55,911 bases of DNA from assembly GCA_964495635.1 (NCBI GenBank), contig CAZBXF010000003.1:1-55911 (forward strand), given 5' to 3'. Position 1 is the stretch's first letter; every line of letters begins with the position of its first letter. The notes beneath the pieces are model-generated. The model searched no databases and was not told where the DNA came from. It was given only the letters and a program-made list of their open reading frames with translations. A program made the translations under genes and the position numbers. The DNA is from an uncultured Phycisphaeraceae bacterium (lineage in GTDB: Bacteria; Planctomycetota; Phycisphaerae; Phycisphaerales; UBA1924). Below are positions 42,094 through 51,045 of this stretch, one piece after another.

Positions 42094-42669
42094 ATGTCGA
42101 GCCTGAATCTGGTTCTTGGTGTTCTTGCCGCGGGCGTCGTCGGCGGCACGCTCTATCTCGCCGCGACCGCGACACCGCCGGGCTCCTCGAGCTCGACGCC
42201 GCCCGGCGGGCGCGTCCCCTTGGGCGGGGGCGACATCACCAAGGCCGCGCCCAAGGTCATCGGCCCGCCGCCCGGTGCGACCATGGCCCCCTCGGACCCC
42301 TCCGCCGTCATCGGCTCCATCCTCGGCGTCCGCAACCCCACCGAGCGCGACGTCATCGCGGCCAACTGGAACAACCAGTGGGTCCCCAACGAGGGCTGGG
42401 AGGGCGAGGTCGTGGACGTCAAGCGAGAGCTGATGGAGGGTGGCTACTCGATCCGGCTCGAGTTCAAGACCGGGAACATGCTCCGCGACTTCTTCGTCGT
42501 GTGCCACGTTCCCGACAACGATCAGGACGTCCGCAAGGGCGACAGGGCCAAGGTTCAGGGACGCATCGAGAAGGTCGAGGTCCTTCCCGGCGCTGCCGGC
42601 ACGCCGATCAACCGAATCCTGCTCAAGAGCGGACGGGTGGTTGAGCTCATCAAGATGGCTCCGCGATAG
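42094..42669 (+). CDS. hypothetical membrane-anchored protein
   Basis: ATG at 42094 with AGGAG 8 nt upstream. Has an N-terminal helix LNLVLGVLAAGVVGGTLYLAA, a Pro/Gly/Ser linker and a small beta-rich C-terminal domain. No family recognised. Confidence 0.6.
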   Translation: MSSLNLVLGVLAAGVVGGTLYLAATATPPGSSSSTPPGGRVPLGGGDITKAAPKVIGPPPGATMAPSDPSAVIGSILGVRNPTERDVIAANWNNQWVPNEGWEGEVVDVKRELMEGGYSIRLEFKTGNMLRDFFVVCHVPDNDQDVRKGDRAKVQGRIEKVEVLPGAAGTPINRILLKSGRVVELIKMAPR

Positions 42670-42696
42670 GAGCTGGCGGCACCCTCGTCCTCGCGA

Positions 42697-43338
42697 TCAG
42701 GCCCGCAGCACAGCCACCACCAGCGACGCGAAGATCACCATTCCCATCACGACCGCGAGCAGAAGGTGCCGCCCGTGTGGGTTCGAGCTGCTGGGCAGAT
42801 GCCTGCGCGGGCTGGGGTCATGGCGACCGCCTGGAGTCGTATCGCGCTGACCGCGTGGTCGCTGATCACCGACGGCTGTCACGGGCAGCCCGGCGTAGGC
42901 GAGCACCTCGCCATGGCGAGCCGCGTCCTGGACCATCGCGATCGTGAGTTGGGCCTCGAAGGGGCGAAGTCCTTGTGCCTCCGCCGCGGCGGCGAGTTCG
43001 CGCCGTGTTTCGGGCCGGATGATCGCGGCTCGCCCACCCTCGATCGATTCCTCGACGAGCTTTGCGAAGGCCAGCCGCGCCCCGTCGGAGTGACGCGCGG
43101 CCGAGGCGTTCTCGTACGCGATGAACCGGCTGCTCTCGCGCCGCCGCGAGTCCTCCTCGCGCTCGGCTTCGATCCCGCGGCCGAACTCCTCGCTGACGGG
43201 CACAGCCTCGCCAGACTCCGCCCGCCCGCCCGCCCGGCGCGATTCGCGCACGCCGGCAGACCGCGAGCCCGGCACCTCGTGGGTCCCGACCAACCGCAGC
43301 GGCGTCCGACTCGGCCTGGGTGGCAGCGCGGATTCCAT
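42697..43338 (-). CDS. hypothetical tail-anchored membrane protein
   Basis: ATG at 43338 (the track start at 43377 is TTG). Has a charged N-terminal region, a helical middle (RELAAAAEAQGLRPFEAQLTIAMVQDAARHGE) and a C-terminal TM (HLLLAVVMGMVIFASLVVAVL). No family recognised. Confidence 0.5.
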   Translation of the reverse strand: MESALPPRPSRTPLRLVGTHEVPGSRSAGVRESRRAGGRAESGEAVPVSEEFGRGIEAEREEDSRRRESSRFIAYENASAARHSDGARLAFAKLVEESIEGGRAAIIRPETRRELAAAAEAQGLRPFEAQLTIAMVQDAARHGEVLAYAGLPVTAVGDQRPRGQRDTTPGGRHDPSPRRHLPSSSNPHGRHLLLAVVMGMVIFASLVVAVLRA

Positions 43339-43478
43339 CTCCCAGAGCGTACGACCTGCGCCGGCAAACGCAAGCAATCTCCAGCCTTCGACCCCGGTAC
43401 CGTTCAGGCTGTTCCGGCCAGGGACCGAAAGTCCCTACGCCGACCACCGGACCCAGACCCACGAGACGACTGCGCGAC

Positions 43479-44039
43479 GTGACACCCCCCCCAAACAGCA
43501 CCCAGCCCACGCCCGCGGCACCCGAGATCAAGCTTCTCGGACCGCTCCCTCCGCTGCCGGCGCTCTCGACCCCGCTCGACGCCAGCGCGATCCTCGCCCA
43601 ACTCGACGCGTTGGCACGCCGCGGCAAGCTGGCGGGCTTCGAGCCCGCGTCCGCTTCGGCAGGGCACCTCTTCTCGATCGAAGCGCCCGGAGCCCCGTTC
43701 GACCACGCCCTCCTCGTGGGCGGCCAATCTCGAGATGGCGTGACGACGCTGACGGCACAGCTGCGGATGCTCCCGAAGCTTCCGGCGATCTTCGCGCTGC
43801 TGCTGGCCTTCTCTGTCTGGCCGGGCGTCTGGCTGACGCACTCGATGCTCCGAGCGTACTTCTCGTTCTACACGTTCGAGGAGTGGGTCACATGGGCGTG
43901 GTACATCCCGCTGACGGTGCTGCCCCTGCCCTGGATGCTCGCTCGAATGGTGCGGCGCTCGCGCGAGGCGGCGTACGCGAGCGCGCTGGAGAGCCTCGAG
44001 CTGCTCCGGAAGGCGCTGAACACGCGGAGCCTCGGCTGA
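43479..44039 (+). CDS. hypothetical membrane protein
   Basis: The frame of track ORF 43320..44039 has coding-like third positions and two TM helices (LPAIFALLLAFSVWPGVWL and WAWYIPLTVLPLPWML). The GTG at 43320 would overlap the divergent neighbour, so I chose the in-frame GTG at 43479. The start is uncertain. Confidence 0.5.
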   Translation: MTPPPNSTQPTPAAPEIKLLGPLPPLPALSTPLDASAILAQLDALARRGKLAGFEPASASAGHLFSIEAPGAPFDHALLVGGQSRDGVTTLTAQLRMLPKLPAIFALLLAFSVWPGVWLTHSMLRAYFSFYTFEEWVTWAWYIPLTVLPLPWMLARMVRRSREAAYASALESLELLRKALNTRSLG

Positions 44040-44079
44040 TCGCCGGCCGCGCCTCGCCATCGATACTTGTGGAGGCGAT

Positions 44080-45141
44080 TCACTCGGCCCGCGCAACGGC
44101 CGCGTGGAGCGTGTATGCCGCGGTGTGACGGTCATGCACGCGCACGTTCCATGGCACATCGTGCCTTGACGCGACCAGCCTCGTCGACGAGAGCGACGCC
44201 GGGTTCGCGCCCGGAGTCAGCAGCATCTCGAGCACGCGTGAAGGATCGCCCGCGCCGTGCGCACGCTTGGAGTGGCCGCCGAGCCACGCCTCCATGCGCG
44301 TGGCGCCGGCGTTCCAGTCGTAGGGCGTGCAGACCATCAGAACACCGCCGGGCCGCAGCACGCGCCGCATCTCGCGCAGCAGCCCCAGCGGCGATGCCGT
44401 CACATCCAGCACATTGATCGCGACCACCACACCGACGCTCGCATCCGCAATCGGCAGCATCGCGCCATCCGCGCACCAGCCATCCACGCGCCCGGCGCAC
44501 TCGCGCTGCGCGTGGCTCAGCAGGATCTCCGTCTCGTCATAGACCGTGCCCGAACGCCGCAGCGGGACGCGGGCGTGCCCGGTCGCGAGCATCGACTGAA
44601 AGAGCCGCACGAGCGGATAGAAGAGATCAACGCCAAGCGCAGGCCCGCCCGTCAATTCCGCCAGTTCCAGAGTCACGCCACCCGCGGCACAGCCGATCTC
44701 GAGGGCCGGCCCGTGGATCTCGCCGCCAGCCATCTCGACCATCGTCGCAATCAACCGACGTGCTTCACCCGCCTCCGGCGCAGCACCATAGTGATCAAGG
44801 CCATAGGTCGAGGCGTACTGGCGAGCCTGATCGAACCATGTGCCCGGTCCTGCGCAGTCGCCCAGCAGGTTCTCGATCTCATCGTGCATGGGCTCGCGCC
44901 GGGTGAGATGGTGCAGGTTCGCCGCGACGAATCCGCGCGCGTCCGGAACGAGCAGCGGCACGCCATCGATCACCGGGAACTCCGCCTGGCACGAGGGCTC
45001 AAAGCACTGCACGATCGCGCTCGCCGTCCGCGAATCGGGCTGCTCGAAGACGCGCGAGAGTTCGAGCCGACCACCCGCGCGACCCGCCGCGCGGCAGGCC
45101 GGACAGATCGCGGCGAATGTCGACAGGAATGCTTCAAGCAC
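44080..45141 (-). CDS. class I SAM-dependent methyltransferase with an N-terminal Trm112-like zinc-ribbon
   Basis: GTG start at 45141, 21 nt after the PAAR gene stop. N-terminal Cys pairs CPAC...C..SC followed by FPVIDGVPLLVPD. SAM motif I ALEIGCAAGGVTLELA and the post-I/II segments VVVAINVLDV and LRPGGVLMVCTPY. Confidence 0.8.
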   Translation of the reverse strand: MLEAFLSTFAAICPACRAAGRAGGRLELSRVFEQPDSRTASAIVQCFEPSCQAEFPVIDGVPLLVPDARGFVAANLHHLTRREPMHDEIENLLGDCAGPGTWFDQARQYASTYGLDHYGAAPEAGEARRLIATMVEMAGGEIHGPALEIGCAAGGVTLELAELTGGPALGVDLFYPLVRLFQSMLATGHARVPLRRSGTVYDETEILLSHAQRECAGRVDGWCADGAMLPIADASVGVVVAINVLDVTASPLGLLREMRRVLRPGGVLMVCTPYDWNAGATRMEAWLGGHSKRAHGAGDPSRVLEMLLTPGANPASLSSTRLVASRHDVPWNVRVHDRHTAAYTLHAAVARAE

Positions 45142-45162
45142 GGCCGCCAGCCCTCCGCACGG

Positions 45163-45543
45163 TCAGCCGTTGATCATGACCGTGGGCTCGCCCGGGGGCT
45201 GGATCGTGCCGGTCGGCGCCGGCACCGGCGCCACGCACGAGGTGTGGGCCGTCATGTCGCCCACGCGCGCCGCGGGAAGGTTGCAGATCATCACCGTCGC
45301 AGAGCCCTTGGAGATCATGCCCGGTCCGCCGGGCGTGCACCCGGGCAGCGAGCACGGGGCACTCTGGTCCGTCGCGCGGGCCGCGGGCTTCTTGCCGACC
45401 ATGACCGTCGTCGCGCCCGGCGGGACGATCGCCAGCGGCAGCGCCGGATGCGGGATCGGCACCGGCGGCGTGCCCGGGTGGAGCATGTGGCAGTGCGGAC
45501 TGGGCTGGAGGATGTTGTCACCGACGCGGGCTGCTGGAGGCAT
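45163..45543 (-). CDS. PAAR-repeat protein (stand-alone, 126 aa)
   Basis: Three PAAR motifs: MPPAARVGDNI, GKKPAARATDQS and CNLPAARVGDMT. ATG at 45543 with GGGAGA upstream. Confidence 0.85.
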   Translation of the reverse strand: MPPAARVGDNILQPSPHCHMLHPGTPPVPIPHPALPLAIVPPGATTVMVGKKPAARATDQSAPCSLPGCTPGGPGMISKGSATVMICNLPAARVGDMTAHTSCVAPVPAPTGTIQPPGEPTVMING

Positions 45544-45613
45544 GATGATCTCCCGCTGGAGTCTACCACGCCGCCACGGACTGCACCATGTTTCCTGCCG
45601 CTATCCTGAGCAC

Positions 45614-46138
45614 ATGACGGATCCAAAAACGCCGCCCGAGACTGCGCTGGCGCCCGCCGCCACCCCCTCCAACCCCTCTACCCCTTCTACCGCCCCTAGC
45701 GCCGCCACGCTTCCATCCGGCCGCACACTCACGGTCCGGCCGGATGCGATGGGCGAGGCCATCGAAGTGCGGTCGGCCTCGGGCGATCTCGAGCTGGCGC
45801 TTGTGCTGACGCCGGAGGGGCCGGTCCTCAAGCTGCGCGGCGTGCGGCTGCAGCTCGACTCGACCGAGTCGGTTGACCTCACGTGCAAGCAGTTCAACGT
45901 GCACACCAAGCAGGGCATCAACCTCACGAGTGAGGGGGAGTTCCGCCTCAAGACACAGGGTCAGAGCCATCTCGATGCGGAGCTCATCCACCTCAACGGC
46001 GGCGACCGAAGCGGCTATCCCGATGAGGCCAACACCGCGAAGATCATGGCCGAGCTCGCGCCCAAGCTGGCCGAGCAGGAGCGCAAGCTGCTCGCAGCGC
46101 ACCAGGCCGCGATCGAAGCGCACGGACACAAGCACTGA
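45614..46138 (+). CDS. hypothetical protein (Pro/Thr/Ser-rich N-terminus, beta-strand-rich core, His-rich C-terminus), divergent from the PAAR gene
   Basis: ATG at 45614. Only this last third of track ORF 44840..46138 avoids the opposite-strand genes. The core IEVRSASGDLELALVLTPEGPVLKLRGVRLQLDSTESVDLTCKQFNVHTKQGINLTSEGEFRLKTQGQSHLDAELIHLNGG has alternating hydrophobic periodicity. No family confidently recognised. Confidence 0.6.
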   Translation: MTDPKTPPETALAPAATPSNPSTPSTAPSAATLPSGRTLTVRPDAMGEAIEVRSASGDLELALVLTPEGPVLKLRGVRLQLDSTESVDLTCKQFNVHTKQGINLTSEGEFRLKTQGQSHLDAELIHLNGGDRSGYPDEANTAKIMAELAPKLAEQERKLLAAHQAAIEAHGHKH

Positions 46139-46169
46139 GCCGAGCCCGGGAACAATCGGCAAAGCTCAG

Positions 46170-47708
46170 CTACTGGGCGGGAGCCGGTGCTGGGGCGGTC
46201 GTGGCCGTGGGCTGGGGCTCTTGAGCGGGCGCGTCCGCATCCCAGCCGCCGCCAAGGGCCTTGTACAGCGCAATCAGCGAGCGTGAGACGTTGATGCGGC
46301 TGATCACCAGGGCCTCCTGCGCGTCGTAGAGCGAAGACTGCGTCTGCAGGACGTTGATGAAGTCGCCGATGCCGCTGGTGTAACGATCGTTGGCGAGGGA
46401 GACAGCCTGGCGATTCGCCGCGACACCCTCCTCCAGCACGCCGCGCTGAACCTGATCCTGGACGAGCGTCGTGAGCGAGTTCTCGACCTCTTCGAGCGCG
46501 ATCAGCACGGTGCGCTCGTAGGTCAGCACCGCCTGCTCCTCACGAGCCTTGGCGGCCTCGATGTTGCTGCGGATCGCGCCGCCGTCGAAGAGCCGCCAGC
46601 GGATCGCGGGGGCGATGGACCATCGCCGGCTGTTCATGTCGATCAGGTCGCCGATATCGCCGGACTCAAGGCCGAATCCGCCGGTGAGGGAGAACTTCGG
46701 GAAGAGCTCGGCGGTCGCGACACCGATGCGGGCGGTCGAGCCAGCGATGCCGCGCTCGGCCTCGCGGATGTCGGGCCTTCGGCGCAGCAGATCGGAAGGT
46801 AGCCCGACGGGAACCTGGGAGGGAGGCTGCGGGAGCGTGCCGGACGCGGTCAGCTCCTTCACAAGCGTTCCCGGCTCCTGACCAAGCAGGACACCCAGGC
46901 GATGGGCCGACTGCCGAAGACCGGCATTCAGCGGCGGGATCTGGGCTTCACGCTGCTTGAGCTGGGCGGTGGCCTGTGCCACCTCAAGGTCGTTGGCAAG
47001 CCCGGCCTTCGCGCGAGACTGGGTGAGATCAACGGACTCCTTCTGGGCCTTGACCTGCTCGCGGGCGAGCTCGAGGCGATCCTGGAAGCCGCGCAGCTCG
47101 ATGTAGTTTCGCGCAACCTCGCTGAGCAAGGTCACAAGCACGCCGCGCCGACTCTCCTCGGTGCGCATCAGGTCCGCGTCGGCGGCTTCGATGCCGCGAC
47201 GGATGCCGCCGAAGACGTCGATCTCCCAGCTCGCGTCCAGTCCGGCCTGGAAGAGAGTGATGTCGTCGTTCGCGCCCGGGTTGGGGAAGTCGAGATTCTC
47301 GCTGCCGCGGCTGCGACTCGCGGCGCCGGTCGCATCGACGGTCGGGTAGAGGGCAGAGTCCGCGATACCGCGGATCGCGCGCGCCTCACGAACGCGGGAT
47401 GCGGCGATGCGAAGGTCCAGGTTCTCCGCGACGGCCCGCTCCACGAGGCCGTCGAGCGTCGGATCCTTGAAGACCTGCCACCAGCGGGTGATGTCACCCA
47501 CGTCACCCGTGACGGGCGTGGTGGTAAGGCCAGCCGCGCCGGCCTGGTCGAGCGCGGAGAAGGACTCGCCGACCTTCTTCTCTGGTGCCTTGTAGTCGGG
47601 GCCGACCGTGCACCCCGCGAGGGCCGCGAGCAGCGCCGCCGGCGCGAGCGACCTCGTGAGGACCGAGCAGACTTGGCGGGCAGAGCGAGGCTGGATCGGA
47701 AGAGTCAT
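46170..47708 (-). CDS. efflux outer-membrane factor lipoprotein, NodT family
   Basis: The ATG at 47708 gives the lipobox LLAALAGC followed by the family hallmark TVGPDYKAPE. Two TolC-like repeats with long coiled helices are present. Confidence 0.9.
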   Translation of the reverse strand: MTLPIQPRSARQVCSVLTRSLAPAALLAALAGCTVGPDYKAPEKKVGESFSALDQAGAAGLTTTPVTGDVGDITRWWQVFKDPTLDGLVERAVAENLDLRIAASRVREARAIRGIADSALYPTVDATGAASRSRGSENLDFPNPGANDDITLFQAGLDASWEIDVFGGIRRGIEAADADLMRTEESRRGVLVTLLSEVARNYIELRGFQDRLELAREQVKAQKESVDLTQSRAKAGLANDLEVAQATAQLKQREAQIPPLNAGLRQSAHRLGVLLGQEPGTLVKELTASGTLPQPPSQVPVGLPSDLLRRRPDIREAERGIAGSTARIGVATAELFPKFSLTGGFGLESGDIGDLIDMNSRRWSIAPAIRWRLFDGGAIRSNIEAAKAREEQAVLTYERTVLIALEEVENSLTTLVQDQVQRGVLEEGVAANRQAVSLANDRYTSGIGDFINVLQTQSSLYDAQEALVISRINVSRSLIALYKALGGGWDADAPAQEPQPTATTAPAPAPAQ

Positions 47709-47806
47709 GATGAGTCCCTTGGTGCCGAGCGCACCCTCGTGGCTGGCAGTGACTGATTCGGAAGAAACCCCGACGGGTCGTAGCATATCCGGTGGAGGCC
47801 GCGCGT

Positions 47807-48940
47807 TCAGGATCCGGTCGAGGGGGCGGTCGGGCGTGCCCCGCCCCGGTCCACAGGCTGAGCCTCGATGTAGACGTCCATCTGCTGCCCCACGAAGATC
47901 GGAAGTTCCGCGGGATCAAACGAGTAGATGACCTGCAGCACACGGGTGTCGACACGCTCGGTGCTCTCACCTGTCAGCGATCGCTTGGGTACGACAAAGG
48001 GCTCGTAACGGACGAAGGTCAGTGTGGTCTTGATGTCCTTGTTGCCGCGGACGAAGGCCTCGGCCCGGGCGCCCGGCTTCACGCGCCACGCCTCGTGCTC
48101 GTCCACGTCGATGCGGACGTGCAGCGGCGCGACCGACCCGACCAGCATCAGCGGCGTCGCCAGTGCCCCCGCCGGCGCGAACTCGCCGGCCCGGATGTTC
48201 GACTGGAGCACGCGCCCATCGATCGGCGATCGCACGATGCGTCGATCGAGCTCGATCTTCACGGCCTCGACCGCGGCCTGGGCCTCCGCCACCTGCGAGC
48301 GCGCCACCGCGATCGCCGGTGCCCAGGTCCCGGCCCGGAGCAGCGCCACCTGCGCCTGTGCTTCAGTGAGGCCCGCGACGGCCTGGGCCACCCGCGCCTG
48401 AGCCGCGGCGACCGCGAACCGGCGGCGCGCGATCTCCTCGACCGAAAGCGATCGTGCATCTTCCATCGCCTCCGCACGCGAGAGCTGCGACTGGGCCTCA
48501 TCAAGCACGGCCTGAGCGGCTCGCTGGGCGGCCTCGGCCTCCAGCACTCGAGCCTCGGCGGGCGGCAGTTCCTCCGGACGCGTTCCCTGCAGGAGCTGGT
48601 CGAGCTGCGCCTGAGCCACGCCCACCGCGGCCTCGCGCGAGACCAGCTCGGCCTGAAGCTCTCGCGGATCGAGTTCGAAGAGCACATCACCCTTCTTGAC
48701 CGAGTCCCCCACCGTCACGGCCACGCGCTGCACCACCGCGCCGACGGGAGCACCGACCGCGATGTTCTGCGACGAGGCCTCGACCAGCCCGGAGCCCGCG
48801 ACGAAGGCGGCGTAGGGCGCCTTCGGCGGCTCGATCACCGGTGGCTGCGCGGCCGGAGGACGCGCCCCTGAGACCACCGTGTACACGGCGAATAGAACAC
48901 CCGAGATCGCCAGCAACGGAATGAGATACGCGCGAATCAT
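47807..48940 (-). CDS. HlyD-family periplasmic adaptor (membrane fusion protein)
   Basis: N-terminal TM (LIPLLAISGVLFAVYTVV), a lipoyl-like hairpin (VAVTVGDSVKKGDVLFELD), a long Ala/Gln-rich coiled coil, and then a second lipoyl half (IRSPIDGRVLQ). Confidence 0.85.
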   Translation of the reverse strand: MIRAYLIPLLAISGVLFAVYTVVSGARPPAAQPPVIEPPKAPYAAFVAGSGLVEASSQNIAVGAPVGAVVQRVAVTVGDSVKKGDVLFELDPRELQAELVSREAAVGVAQAQLDQLLQGTRPEELPPAEARVLEAEAAQRAAQAVLDEAQSQLSRAEAMEDARSLSVEEIARRRFAVAAAQARVAQAVAGLTEAQAQVALLRAGTWAPAIAVARSQVAEAQAAVEAVKIELDRRIVRSPIDGRVLQSNIRAGEFAPAGALATPLMLVGSVAPLHVRIDVDEHEAWRVKPGARAEAFVRGNKDIKTTLTFVRYEPFVVPKRSLTGESTERVDTRVLQVIYSFDPAELPIFVGQQMDVYIEAQPVDRGGARPTAPSTGS

Positions 48941-49034
48941 GTCACTTCCCTTTGGTTCGACCGCTCAGTCTGCCCCCGCCTCGCCATCCCTTGTCATGCC
49001 CCGCCTCGACCTGTCACGCCCTGTCACGCCCGTC

Positions 49035-49841
49035 CTATTTCCCCTCGACGTGGTGCGCTGAGACCTTGTGCCCTTGTCCCGTGGAGACGCTGACGATGTG
49101 ACCGTCGTCCATCGTCGCCATCCTGTCCGCGAACTCGAAGATGCGCTGGTCGTGCGTCACGACCACGAGCGAGAGGTCGCCGCCGCTGGCAACCTCGCGC
49201 AGGAGTTCCATGACCTTCTGGCCGGTCGCGTGGTCCAGCGCGCTCGTAGGCTCGTCGCAGACCAGCAGGCGTGGCTTGTGCACCAGCGCGCGAGAGATCG
49301 CGACGCGCTGCTGCTGCCCGCCCGAGAGGCGGCTCGGCACGTCGTTCACGCGCGTCCCGAGACCCACACGGTCGAGCATCTCCTTCGCCCGGCGCAGCGC
49401 CTCGCTCCGCCCGACACCATTGATGAGCAGCGGCACCGACACATTCTCAGCGATCGTGAGCGTCGGGATGAGGTTGAAGGCCTGGAAGACAAAGCCGACG
49501 TTCCTCGCCCTGAAGGCCGTGGTCCTGTCGGGCCCGAGCTTCTTGAAGTCCTCACCCAGCACGGTGCACTCACCGTCGTCGCGATCCAGGACGCCGGCGA
49601 CCACGCTGATGAGCGTCGTCTTGCCGCAGCCCGAAGGCCCCACGAGCATCATCATCTCACCCTGATGCACGTCGATATCCACGCCCCGCAGCGCCCGGAC
49701 GGCCGAGCCACCCTTGCCGTAGGTCTTGGTCACGGCGCGGCATCGAACCGCCACCGGTCGCCCCGCCATGGAGGCCGTCACGGCCGCGGCGGATTCGGTC
49801 ATTCGATTCGGGACGTCGCCCGTGCCGGCTGCAACAACCAT
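49035..49841 (-). CDS. ABC transporter ATP-binding protein (MacB/LolD/DevA-like)
   Basis: Walker A GPSGCGKTTL, signature LSGGQQQRVAISRAL and Walker B LLVCDEPTSALD. I chose the ATG at 49841 (AAGGA upstream); 49865 (GTG), 49802 and 49769 are in-frame alternatives. Confidence 0.9.
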   Translation of the reverse strand: MVVAAGTGDVPNRMTESAAAVTASMAGRPVAVRCRAVTKTYGKGGSAVRALRGVDIDVHQGEMMMLVGPSGCGKTTLISVVAGVLDRDDGECTVLGEDFKKLGPDRTTAFRARNVGFVFQAFNLIPTLTIAENVSVPLLINGVGRSEALRRAKEMLDRVGLGTRVNDVPSRLSGGQQQRVAISRALVHKPRLLVCDEPTSALDHATGQKVMELLREVASGGDLSLVVVTHDQRIFEFADRMATMDDGHIVSVSTGQGHKVSAHHVEGK

Positions 49842-49890
49842 CTGAAGTCCTTTCGAAGAGCGCACGACCCCTCAGAGGGTCGTCGCCCGA

Positions 49891-51045
49891 TCAAGCCTTG
49901 AACACAACCCCTGGCTCAAGCCGCAGCACCCGCACCGCCGCCAGCATGGCCGCCGACAGGCAGATCAGCATGATGCCCACGCACGCCCCGACCAGCAGCT
50001 GCCAGGGGAGGAAGAACCCAACCCCCGCAAGCCCCATGAAGCGCCCGGAGATCGAGGCGATGCCCGCTCCGAGGCCGAAGCCCAGCAGCCCCAGCACCAC
50101 AACCTGCGTGAAGATCATCCCGAGCAGTCGCACGTTCGAGAGGCCCAGCGCCTTGAGCGCCGCGAAGAGCCTCGCGTTGTCCGAGACGTAGGTGAAGAAC
50201 GTCTGACCACAGACGAGCAGCCCGATCACGAAGCCGAGCCCGACGGTGATGCCGAAGTTGATCAGGATGCCGGTCTTGAGGAGCGTGTACCACATGGTGA
50301 GGGCGCCGAAGTCCGAGCGAGTGCGGGCCGCGAGCCCGGTGCGGGCCGTGATGTTCGCGGCGACGGCCTCGGCCGACTCACCCTCCTTGGCCTTCACGAG
50401 CACGTACGTGAGCTGCTTGCGCTGCGGCGGCGCGAAGCGGACCGCGCGCCCGTAGGTCGTGTAGATCACGGGCTGCCAGTAGAAGGCCGTCGCGTTGTCG
50501 CCGATGCCCACGACCCGCGCAAAGTTGTCGTTGATCGAGAGCGAATCGCCGACGCGCAGGGGGCGCTTGGTTCCGTCCGGGAGCGTCATCGCAAGGTCGC
50601 CGTTGGCCGCGGCCTTGTCCACGATCACGCCGTCGCCCTGGCGCAGGTCTTCGAGGGTCCCCTCGATCATCCGCATCGGACCGCCCATCAGCGTCGCATC
50701 GTCCACGCCGATGATCGTCGAGAACTCCTGCGTCCCATCCGCGAGCTGCACGAGCAGGTTGTTGCGGTACATCGGCAGGGCCCACTCCACACCCTCCACA
50801 GCTCGGACGCGCAGCAGCGCGGTCTCCTGGAGCGGCTTTGGATCTTCGGTGAAGCGTACCTGAGGGTCCATGACCCACACATCAACGTGCGGCGTGTCGT
50901 CGATGAAGGCCCACATGCGCTTTGTGTAGCCCATGAAGATCGCCGCCTGCTGCGTGATCAGCGTCGCGGCGAAGGTCAGGCCGATCAGCAGCCCCAGGTA
51001 CTTGAGGCGGTCGCCCATCAGCATCTTGATCGCGAGGAAGTTCAT
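49891..51045 (-). CDS. ABC exporter permease, DevC/FtsX-like
   Basis: The ATG at 51045 gives MNFLAIKMLMGDRLKYLGLLIGLTFAATLITQQAAIFMGY, followed by a large periplasmic loop and three C-terminal TM helices (FtsX-type). The start overlaps the TetR stop (ATGA at 51045..51042). Confidence 0.85.
   Translation of the reverse strand: MNFLAIKMLMGDRLKYLGLLIGLTFAATLITQQAAIFMGYTKRMWAFIDDTPHVDVWVMDPQVRFTEDPKPLQETALLRVRAVEGVEWALPMYRNNLLVQLADGTQEFSTIIGVDDATLMGGPMRMIEGTLEDLRQGDGVIVDKAAANGDLAMTLPDGTKRPLRVGDSLSINDNFARVVGIGDNATAFYWQPVIYTTYGRAVRFAPPQRKQLTYVLVKAKEGESAEAVAANITARTGLAARTRSDFGALTMWYTLLKTGILINFGITVGLGFVIGLLVCGQTFFTYVSDNARLFAALKALGLSNVRLLGMIFTQVVVLGLLGFGLGAGIASISGRFMGLAGVGFFLPWQLLVGACVGIMLICLSAAMLAAVRVLRLEPGVVFKA

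Noticed and set aside
45163-45543. Calling the PAAR locus a type VI secretion system
   Set aside because: No Hcp, VgrG, TssB/C, baseplate or ClpV-like genes are visible within the window. One PAAR gene alone does not support a T6SS call.
44257-45609. 450-aa plus-strand ORF and the first two thirds of ORF 44840..46138
   Set aside because: They are antisense to the methyltransferase and PAAR genes, both of which have clear motifs. Only the 45614..46138 portion of the second ORF lies in otherwise unoccupied DNA and looks protein-like.
47792-48871. 359-aa plus-strand ORF
   Set aside because: It is antisense to the HlyD adaptor gene, with Arg/Asp/Leu/Gly low-complexity composition.
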